Of a DNA stretch of 11,631 bases, positions 1 to 6,696 are shown piece after piece. Positions within the stretch are counted from its first letter, which is position 1; every line of letters begins with the position of its first letter. A program made the translations under genes and the position numbers. Below the pieces are notes generated by a model. The model worked only from the letters and a program-made list of their open reading frames with translations, searched no databases and was not told where the DNA came from. Origin of the DNA: Armatimonadota bacterium (lineage in GTDB: Bacteria > Sysuimicrobiota > Sysuimicrobiia > Sysuimicrobiales > Humicultoraceae); assembly GCA_052386995.1 (NCBI GenBank), contig JBQTJP010000171.1, positions 1-11,631 of the forward strand, read 5' to 3'.

Positions 1-809
1 CCCTTGGGCAGCCAGAGCGGCAGGCCCTGCCCGACCTCGGGCGCGATGTGAAAGAGGTCCAGCTCCTTGCCAATACGCCGGTGGTCGCGGCGCCGCGCCT
101 CTTCGAGACGCTGAAGGTGGGCGTCCACCTGCTCCTGCGCGGGATAGGAAACGCCGTAGATGCGCTGGAGCATCGGACGGTGCTCATCGCCCCGCCAGTA
201 GGCACCCGACGTCGACAGCAGTTTGATCGCGCGGATGAGCCCGGTCCTGGGCAGGTGCGGGCCGCGGCACATGTCGGCGAAGCCGTCCTGCCGGTAGACG
301 CTCACACGCTCGTCGGGGATCTCCTCCAGCAGCTCGTGCTTGTAGACTTCTCCCTGCTCTGCGAATTGCCGGCGGAGCTCGTCGCGCGGCACTTCGATAC
401 GCTCGATCGGCTGGTCGGCGGCGGCCAGCTCGCGCATCCGGGCTTCGATGCGCTCGAGATCCTCCGGACTGAACGGCTGGCCGATGTCGAAGTCATAGTA
501 GAACCCGTCCTCGATGGGCGGGCCGATCGCAAGCCTGGCCTCGGGGAAGAGCTGCTTGACCGCCTGGGCCATCAGATGCGCCGTGGAATGCCAGTACACT
601 TCACGGCCCGCGGGCTCGTTGAAGGTGACGAGCTCGACGCGCGCGCCGGGCTCCACGGACGTGGACAGGTCACGCGGGCGACCATCGATCAACACCCCCA
701 CGACATCACGGAGCCCCAGCGACTCCGCGACCTCCCTGGCTGAGGGCCCGGCGGGTACGTCTCGCCGCGAGCCATCGGGCAAGACCACTTGCACCAACGT
801 CTGCGCCAT
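1..809 (-). CDS. thrS: Threonine--tRNA ligase, N-terminal part (TGS domain, editing domain, start of catalytic core); runs off the left edge
   Basis: Manual minus-strand translation from ATG 809: MAQTLVQVVLPDGSRRDV...VYWHSTAHLMAQAVKQLFPEARLAIGPPIEDGFYYDF...DMCRGPHLP...GAYWRGDEHRPMLQRIYG...RLEEARRRDHRRIGKELDLF...GLPLWLPK, all hallmark ThrRS motifs. GGAGG at 822-818 lies 8 nt upstream of ATG 809; the in-frame ATG at 815 is too close to it. Confidence 0.98.
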   Translation of the reverse strand, partial: MAQTLVQVVLPDGSRRDVPAGPSAREVAESLGLRDVVGVLIDGRPRDLSTSVEPGARVELVTFNEPAGREVYWHSTAHLMAQAVKQLFPEARLAIGPPIEDGFYYDFDIGQPFSPEDLERIEARMRELAAADQPIERIEVPRDELRRQFAEQGEVYKHELLEEIPDERVSVYRQDGFADMCRGPHLPRTGLIRAIKLLSTSGAYWRGDEHRPMLQRIYGVSYPAQEQVDAHLQRLEEARRRDHRRIGKELDLFHIAPEVGQGLPLWLPK

Positions 810-825
810 CTTCATCGCCTCCACA

Positions 826-857
826 CAAACAACAAACCCGCCCCCCAGAGGGGCGGG
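826..857 (-). terminator. Intrinsic terminator (attenuator) of the thrS T-box leader
   Basis: Minus strand CCCGCCCC-TCTGG-GGGGCGGG (8-bp GC stem, 857-837) followed by TTTGTTGTTTG; its 5' arm is shared with the antiterminator, so the two are mutually exclusive. Confidence 0.9.
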
Positions 858-1110
858 CATCCGCGGTTCCACCCTCAATTTCGTTTCGCATCCCAGCGCG
901 ACGGAGCGCCTAGCGAAACGCTTTTCCGCGCGATCCCGGGCGCACCCGGCGGCTTAGCCGGAGATCGCTCCTGCGCGATCTCCCTTCGTCCGCGGCTCAG
1001 AGGTGGTGTTCCGCCGGCTCGACCGGTGGGGGTCACAGCCCGCGGGCATCGCCCGCGGCCCCGCCTCTCTTGGATCGAACGCGCGACGTACTCGTCCTCG
1101 TCGTCGCCGA
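826..1110 (-). ncRNA. T-box riboswitch (Thr-specific, transcription-attenuation type) in the thrS leader
   Basis: Minus strand: Stem I base GGC/GCC with GA motif, GAGG(1099-1096)/CCTC(1003-1000), AGTA (1092-1089), AGAGAG bulge (1070-1065), GCTGTGA distal-loop motif (1039-1033), specifier loop GAAC-ACC-A with Thr codon ACC at 1007-1005; Stem III CGTTTCGC/GCGAAACG (920-882); antiterminator GAGGG-TGGAACC-GCGG-atgc-CCGC-CCCTC (876-848) overlapping a terminator. Confidence 0.96.
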
Positions 1111-1121
1111 AGTTCAACGTC

Positions 1122-1151
1122 ATCTTAGGCACCCTCAGACGGGCTTGTCAA
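1122..1151 (-). promoter_or_regulatory. Sigma70/SigA-type promoter for the T-box-thrS transcript
   Basis: Minus strand TTGACA (1151-1146), 18-nt spacer, TAAGAT (1127-1122); the implied start near 1115 is just upstream of T-box Stem I. Confidence 0.85.
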
Positions 1152-1193
1152 CGGCTGGAGGAATGAAGCGCGCACCCTCCAAACTTCATCAAC

Positions 1194-1928
1194 GTGAAGC
1201 GATATCGCCTGGTGAGAATGCTCGTCCTGGTGGCCGCGGTTGCGCTCGCGGTCTCCGCCGCTGCCCAGGAGCGCGTTCAGGACCAGCAGGGCGAGTTTGA
1301 ACATCTTGCGGCGGCGGGCGGAGTCCTGATCACCGCGCCACACGGCACCGCCGATTTCAATACGGCGCCGCTGGCCATCTTGGTCGCGAGGACGCTGGGG
1401 ACCGGGTATGTGGTCTTCCGAGGCTCGAGTGCAGGCCGTGAGAGGATCAACGTCAATCGTCCGACAGAGGGCGGAAGCACGACCTGCTCCAACGAACCCG
1501 CCACCGATCGGGCTCGGGCGACCTACGACGCGTACGTGCGCCTGATCCGCGCTGCCCTCGGTGGAGAACGAGCCGTCCTCTACGTGGAGATCCACGGCAA
1601 TGCCGATCCGAGAACCGCCCAGAACATCGAAGTCGCCTCAAAGGGCATCACGAGCCCCGAGGCTATGTCGGTGAAGGACGCGTACCTCGCGGCGCTCGCG
1701 GCCGCGAGGCGGATCAGGCCCGAATATCCCGCGCTCGCGCTCCTCGTCGAGCCGGCTGACAGGGTGTTCTGGACGGCGTTATGTGTGAAGACCGTGGGAA
1801 TCCTGGCCGGCGATTTCCTGCCCCGCGCCCTGCACTTTGAGTTTCCCCGCGCGGTGCGGGAAGCCGAGCTGCTCGACGCCACCGCAGCACTCACCGCCGC
1901 CCTGCTGAAACAGGCTCCGGCGCGCTAG
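1194..1928 (+). CDS. Putative exported zinc-dependent hydrolase (N-formylglutamate amidohydrolase / poly-gamma-glutamate hydrolase-like fold), substrate unknown
   Basis: 244-aa ORF with Sec-type signal peptide (MKRYRLVRMLVLVAAVALAVSAAA-QE) and motifs ITAPHG-x2-D, INVNR, YVEIHG and late HFE, in the order seen in the zinc-exopeptidase-like FGase/PghP group. Start uncertain (GTG 1194 or ATG 1218; no clear RBS). The CDS call is firmer than the functional call. Confidence 0.65.
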   Translation: MKRYRLVRMLVLVAAVALAVSAAAQERVQDQQGEFEHLAAAGGVLITAPHGTADFNTAPLAILVARTLGTGYVVFRGSSAGRERINVNRPTEGGSTTCSNEPATDRARATYDAYVRLIRAALGGERAVLYVEIHGNADPRTAQNIEVASKGITSPEAMSVKDAYLAALAAARRIRPEYPALALLVEPADRVFWTALCVKTVGILAGDFLPRALHFEFPRAVREAELLDATAALTAALLKQAPAR

Positions 1929-2028
1929 AGGCAGCCGCCCCAACCCCAGCCTGCGCCCGGCCCGGAACCCGCGTCCCCGCCGTCCGCAGCCGGACTAGCG
2001 GCGTGTTCAGACTGGGCATACACCTGCC

Positions 2029-4074
2029 GTGGGCACACGAGACCGCGCGCTGGCGCGCGCGCTGAACAACGTCCTGGACCCCGCGCACCGCCCGGGCCTG
2101 GAAGCCACGGAGCACTTCATGTCGTGGCTGCGGTTTGGCATCAGCGCCTTTGCCGCGGCCGTCTACCTGCTGCCGCTGAACGGCACCGCGCCTGTGCGGG
2201 GGCCATGGCACCTGCTGGTGGGTGCCGCGTTCCTATACGCCGTACCGCACGTCTTCATGGGCGCCGGCCGGCCCACCCGCCGGTCCCGGCTCCGCGTGCT
2301 GGTCAACACGCTGATGGACTTCGTCTTCGTCAGCGCGGCGGTCTACGTCACCGGGGGAGAAAACAGCGGATTCATCTGGCTGTTCCCGCTCACCATCGTC
2401 GCAAACGTGCTCCGGTACGGCGACGTGGCGGGTGCGCTCACCGTCGGCGGCAGCATGATCGCCTTCGGCACCATCGTCCTTTGGCAAGGGGCCGACCCGA
2501 GAACGCTCGTGCCTTCGCTGGTGGCCCGCCTGGGGTCGTTCTGGGTGCTGTACTTCATGGTCGCCTACCTCAGCCGCCACGCGAACCGGATGGAGCGGGT
2601 GGCGCGCCAGGGCACGCGTCTGATGGAAGCGGTCGGCCGGATCGGTGTTCCGGTCAACGTACCCGGCAACATCATGCTCGCCCTCGAAGCGGTCTGCGAG
2701 GAGATCAAGGTTCTGTTCGATGCCGATCACGTGCTCATCTGGCTGGTTCGGGACAACGAACTCGTGGGGGCCGCGGCGACGGGACCACGGCGGAAAGAAT
2801 TCCTTGCGCAGCACCGGTCGCTCGACGACCCGAACCTGCTCAGCGCCCGCGTGGTGCGCGAGGGGCGGCCGTTGTACGTGAACAACGCACGCTCACGAGG
2901 CGCGGGGCTGGACGCGGAGCTCGTGGAGGCCTTCGAGGTTCAGGCGATTGCGGGAATCCCGCTCATTCACGGCGAGGCCGCGGTCGGCGCAATGATGCTG
3001 GCCGACTCCCGGCGGGTGCAGCGGTTCCGTGATGAGGACCTGGCGCCCGCGATGCTGCTGGGCAACCTGGCCGCCACCGCGCTCTACCACGCCTCGATGC
3101 ACGACCAGCTGCGGCAGGCCTACACTCGGAGCCTGCAGACGCTGGGCGAGGCGATCGATGTCCGGGACGCTTACACGGGGGGCCATTCGCAACGGATCGC
3201 CCGGTACGCCGAGGCCATCGCCGGAGCCATGGGATGCTCGGCCGAGGTGCTCAGCCACATCGGCACGGCCGCGATGCTCCACGACATCGGGAAGATCGGG
3301 ATTCCCGACAGCATTCTGCTCAAGCCCGGCCGTCTGCAAGAACGCGAGATGGAGATCATGAAGAGCCACTCCCTGATTGGGGCGCGGCTGCTGCGCACCG
3401 CCGGTTTCCACGATGAGGTCGTCTCGATCGTCCGGCACCTGCACGAGCGTTTCGACGGACAGGGGTATCCCGGAGGCCTGAAGGGCGAGCAGGTCCCCCT
3501 GGGGTCCCGCATCCTGGCCGTGGCCGACACCTACGAGGCGATGACGTCCGACAGGATCTACCGGGCCGCGCTGGCTGCTGATGATGCGATCGCCGAACTC
3601 AAGCTGTACACTGGCGTCCAGTTCGACCCGACGGTGGTCGAAGCGTTCGTGAGCATCCATGACACACTTGCGCCCGCGGAGGAACCTGCGGGCGACGCTC
3701 CGGGCGTCGCCAACCCTACGGCGGTGTTTGGGTCCGTCGCGGGTTATCTGCTGACCAGGTTTGGCGAGTTCGCGGGATCGCAGGTCGTCGGCACGATCGT
3801 CGAGCGGTTGGCGGTGAAGGCGCGAAACCATAGCTGGGTCGTGGGGATGCAGGACGGGAAGCTGCAGGTGCAGACAGCCGAGCGGCAAACCGGACTGGAA
3901 GCCCGACGTCAGATCCTCACCTGGCTGCTCGAGGGCATTGAAGATCTCGGCGGTCGCCGGATCGCATTCCACCTGCTCACGGAGGCGGTCGAGCACCTCT
4001 CGCCGTCCGCCCGCGAAGTCTACCGCGTCCTGCTCTCACCGGGGCCAACCGAAGAAGCAGTCAGATCCCTTTAA
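2029..4074 (+). CDS. Membrane-anchored GAF + HD-GYP domain protein (putative cyclic-dinucleotide phosphodiesterase or receptor) with extra C-terminal domain
   Basis: 681 aa: about six hydrophobic segments (approx. 2110-2575), GAF-like region (approx. 2665-3100; VREGRPLYVNNA...AIAGIPLIHGEAAVGAMML), HD-GYP motifs RDAYTGGHSQR, LHDIGKIGIPDSILLKPG, HERFDGQGYP, RILAVADTYEAMTSDRIYR, GVQFDP. Start codon uncertain. Confidence 0.92.
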   Translation: MGTRDRALARALNNVLDPAHRPGLEATEHFMSWLRFGISAFAAAVYLLPLNGTAPVRGPWHLLVGAAFLYAVPHVFMGAGRPTRRSRLRVLVNTLMDFVFVSAAVYVTGGENSGFIWLFPLTIVANVLRYGDVAGALTVGGSMIAFGTIVLWQGADPRTLVPSLVARLGSFWVLYFMVAYLSRHANRMERVARQGTRLMEAVGRIGVPVNVPGNIMLALEAVCEEIKVLFDADHVLIWLVRDNELVGAAATGPRRKEFLAQHRSLDDPNLLSARVVREGRPLYVNNARSRGAGLDAELVEAFEVQAIAGIPLIHGEAAVGAMMLADSRRVQRFRDEDLAPAMLLGNLAATALYHASMHDQLRQAYTRSLQTLGEAIDVRDAYTGGHSQRIARYAEAIAGAMGCSAEVLSHIGTAAMLHDIGKIGIPDSILLKPGRLQEREMEIMKSHSLIGARLLRTAGFHDEVVSIVRHLHERFDGQGYPGGLKGEQVPLGSRILAVADTYEAMTSDRIYRAALAADDAIAELKLYTGVQFDPTVVEAFVSIHDTLAPAEEPAGDAPGVANPTAVFGSVAGYLLTRFGEFAGSQVVGTIVERLAVKARNHSWVVGMQDGKLQVQTAERQTGLEARRQILTWLLEGIEDLGGRRIAFHLLTEAVEHLSPSAREVYRVLLSPGPTEEAVRSL

Positions 4075-5033
4075 CGGCGCGCTCCACTGACAAAGATCCC
4101 GGATGGAAAGGAAAACTGACCTGCTCCGCTGCCCAGGTTCCCTAACGACACCCACCCGCTGCCCGTCATGCCATCAATCCGGACGATGCGGTGGGCCTCG
4201 TCGGTCACGTAGATCCGGCCCGCGGCGTCCACCGCGATCCCGGTGGGAAAGACGAACTCGGTGACCCGGCTGCCGGAACCCGCGAACGCGGTCCAGCCGG
4301 CGCCGGTCATGTCGTCTATCCGCACGACCCGATCGTTGCTCGAATCGGTCACGTAAATGCGCCCGGACGCATCGCCCACCACGCTCGCAGGGACTTCAAA
4401 CTGCCGGGGGCCCCGGCCCGCGCTGCCTATGGTCGTCCACCCTGCCCCGCTCATATCGGTGATGCGAACGATGCGGTCGTTGAGCGCGTCGGTCATGTAG
4501 ATTCGCCCGGCGGATTCCACAAAGATCCCCTGCGGGAACAGCAGCTGGTTGACCCCGGCTCCGCGCGTTCCCAATGACGTCCACCCCGCGCCGGTCATAT
4601 CGTTGAAGCGTACGATGCGCGAGTTGCTGGCGTCCGCGACGTAGATGCGGCCGGCGGTATCCACGAAGATGCCCGCCGGGAGATCGAACTGGTGCACGCC
4701 GCTCCCGCGGCTGCCAAACGAGGTCCAGCCGGCGCCGGTCATGTCGTCGATGCGCACGACGCGGGAGCCGCTTGTGTCGGTGAAGTAAATGCGCCCGCTC
4801 GCATCGACCACAATGCCCGACTGGAAGGCGAACTGACGCGTCCCGGTGGCGCGGGTCGACAGCGTGGTCCATCCGGCGCCGGTCATGTCGCTGATCCGCA
4901 CCACGCGGGCGTTCCCCGGGTCGGTCACATGGACCTCGGCGCGCGGCGGTTGGGCGAAGATGCGCGCGGCATTCGACGCCGTGGCCAGCGCCAGAACGGC
5001 AAGCGCCAGCCCCGCCATGCCCATCTGCGGCAT
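4071..5033 (-). CDS. Putative exported NHL-repeat six-bladed beta-propeller protein
   Basis: Six repeats of IYVTDxxNxRIVRIDDMTGAGWTxxGxxGSGxxQFxFPxGIxVDxxGR behind a hydrophobic leader (MGMAGLALAVLALATASNA). Start placed at ATG 5033, 7 nt after the hydantoinase B stop; ATG 5075 would overlap that gene by 35 nt. Confidence 0.9.
   Translation of the reverse strand: MPQMGMAGLALAVLALATASNAARIFAQPPRAEVHVTDPGNARVVRISDMTGAGWTTLSTRATGTRQFAFQSGIVVDASGRIYFTDTSGSRVVRIDDMTGAGWTSFGSRGSGVHQFDLPAGIFVDTAGRIYVADASNSRIVRFNDMTGAGWTSLGTRGAGVNQLLFPQGIFVESAGRIYMTDALNDRIVRITDMSGAGWTTIGSAGRGPRQFEVPASVVGDASGRIYVTDSSNDRVVRIDDMTGAGWTAFAGSGSRVTEFVFPTGIAVDAAGRIYVTDEAHRIVRIDGMTGSGWVSLGNLGSGAGQFSFPSGIFVSGARR
4083..4938 (-). 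repeat. Six tandem ~144-bp coding repeats (NHL blades)
   Basis: Plus-strand motif ccggcgccggtcatgtcg and variants recur near 4157, 4298, 4441, 4585, 4729 and 4873, a 144-nt period with the terminal unit 3 nt shorter. Confidence 0.9.
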
Positions 5034-5040
5034 GACGTGT

Positions 5041-6696
5041 CTACGTCTCCCCTGCGTACACCGCGAGCCCGGCATGGGTCACGTAGCCTTCGTCCAGATC
5101 GCGTCGGACGGACGGCTTCGAACGGGTACCGGCGTCTCCGAGGCCGCTGCCGCCCGCGGCCTGGATCGTAATGGAACCGCCGGCGTCACGGAGCTCGACA
5201 AGATGGCTCATCCCGGCGGCATCGCTGGTGCTCGCACCCTCGATCCAGAAACCGGCGCCACCTCCCGCCTGCCCTCCCAGGAGCCCGGAGACGGGCGAGG
5301 CGCGGCCGTGTGGCAGCAGGTTCACCAGTACGGGGAGGGCATCGTCATAGAGTTTGCGCAGGCGCATCCGCTGGCCCAGTCCCCCGCGGTGATACCCCGC
5401 TCCGCCGGAGTCGGGGATCAACTCTTTGCGCTCGACCAGCAGCGGCGTGCGCTGCTCGAACATCTCCACCGGAACATTGCCGGCCGAGGTCGGGTACATC
5501 AAGGCCGGCCGGCCGTCGCCGTGACGGCTGCCGCCCTGGCCGCCGCCGAACATGATGTGGTCGTTGAACGGCCGACCCTTCCTGTCCCGGCCGTACGCCG
5601 AGATCGACACCGGCAACCCGGTGAACGCCTGGACGCGATGGGGAAGCACGGGCGCCAGCGCGCGCAGCACTGCCGGACCGCAGAACCATCCGGTCATCGT
5701 TCGCTGGTTGACCGCCGCGGGATAGGCGCAGTTGAGGACGCTCCCCTCCGGCGCGCGCACGTGCAGGGGCCTGAAGCAGCCGGCATTCGATGGAATCTGG
5801 GGCGTCAGAATCGACTTCAGCGCGTACACCGTGTGGGCGGCGGTGTACGTGTACGTGCAGTTCACCCCGCCCACGGGCAGGGCCGCCGGCGCGCCCTCCC
5901 AATCGACGGTGAGCTCGTCGCCTTCGACCACGACCGCGCACGGCAGCCGCAGCGGGCCATCGGGCCCGTCGATCTCTACCTCGCTCCGGTAGACTCCGTC
6001 GGGAAGAGCCCGGATGGCGGCGCGCATCGCCGCCTCGGTCCGGCGCTGCAGCTCCGTTGCCAGCGGCTCCAGCGAGTCCAGACCGTACTCGTCCATGAAG
6101 TTCAGCAGGCGCTGCGCCCCGACGTAGTTGCTGCCGACCTGGGCCTGGATGTCCCCCAGGACCATGTCGGCATGACGCACGTTGGCGCGGATCACGGCCG
6201 CCACGTCGTCGTTGATGCGTCCCGCGCGGTACAGCTTGAGGGGCGGGATCTGGATCCCTTCCTCGTACACCTCGCGCGCTCGCCCCGAGTCCTTCGTCCC
6301 GCCGATGTCGGAGCAATGCGCGATCGATCCCGCCACGCCGACCACCCGGCCGTCCCGATGCACCGGTGTGGCGACGGCCAGGTCAAACAGGTGCCCGGCG
6401 CAGATCCAGGGGTCGTTGGTGATCAGCACGTCGCCGGGCGTCAGCGTCTGCGGAGGGTACGCCCGCATCAGCGCGTTGATCGCCTGCGGAAGCGTGAGGT
6501 TGAAGACCGGCATCGATCGGGGCGAATGCGCGATCGAGCCGCCGCGCGCATCGAGGAGCTCGCAGCCGAAGTCCTGGGCTTCGCCGATGATCGTCGAGAA
6601 CGCCGTGCGGAGGATGGTGACCCAGCATTCCTCGGTGATGTTGATCAGACGGCTCCACATGATCTCGAGCGTCACAGGATCGAAGGCCGCGTTCAT
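5041..6696 (-). CDS. Hydantoinase B / oxoprolinase family protein (HyuB-like metal-binding subunit)
   Basis: MNAAFDPVTLEIMWSRL...RTAFSTIIGEAQDF...PGDVLITNDPWICAGHLFD...HCSDIGG...EEGIQIPPLKL...PVEMFE...DSGGAGYHRGGLG. Start reset to ATG 6696, which forms an ATGA overlap with the stop of the A subunit (551 aa). Confidence 0.95.
   Translation of the reverse strand: MNAAFDPVTLEIMWSRLINITEECWVTILRTAFSTIIGEAQDFGCELLDARGGSIAHSPRSMPVFNLTLPQAINALMRAYPPQTLTPGDVLITNDPWICAGHLFDLAVATPVHRDGRVVGVAGSIAHCSDIGGTKDSGRAREVYEEGIQIPPLKLYRAGRINDDVAAVIRANVRHADMVLGDIQAQVGSNYVGAQRLLNFMDEYGLDSLEPLATELQRRTEAAMRAAIRALPDGVYRSEVEIDGPDGPLRLPCAVVVEGDELTVDWEGAPAALPVGGVNCTYTYTAAHTVYALKSILTPQIPSNAGCFRPLHVRAPEGSVLNCAYPAAVNQRTMTGWFCGPAVLRALAPVLPHRVQAFTGLPVSISAYGRDRKGRPFNDHIMFGGGQGGSRHGDGRPALMYPTSAGNVPVEMFEQRTPLLVERKELIPDSGGAGYHRGGLGQRMRLRKLYDDALPVLVNLLPHGRASPVSGLLGGQAGGGAGFWIEGASTSDAAGMSHLVELRDAGGSITIQAAGGSGLGDAGTRSKPSVRRDLDEGYVTHAGLAVYAGET

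Noticed and set aside
48..743. 231-aa plus-strand ORF (and 514..957, 789..1166)
   Set aside because: Antisense shadows of thrS and its T-box leader; no recognisable motifs, whereas the minus strand gives clear ThrRS.
875..1132. 85-aa minus-strand ORF as a possible leader peptide
   Set aside because: Starts within the promoter spacer upstream of the predicted transcription start, has no Thr-codon run, and the sequence is fully explained by T-box structure.
1157..1300. GGAGG followed by ATG 1163 as an alternative start or frameshifted 5' end of the 1194 gene
   Set aside because: Only 1 nt separates GGAGG from the ATG, the frame differs, and the 1194 frame already has a complete signal peptide.
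1929..2028. Possible c-di-GMP riboswitch or intrinsic terminator ahead of the HD-GYP gene
   Set aside because: No GEMM-type conserved motifs and no strong hairpin with a U-tract; only weak G-U-rich pairing.
4083..4938. Periodic DNA repeats as a CRISPR array
   Set aside because: The 144-nt period is a multiple of three, copies vary mostly at codon third positions, the whole unit is repeated with no unique spacers, and no cas genes are present.
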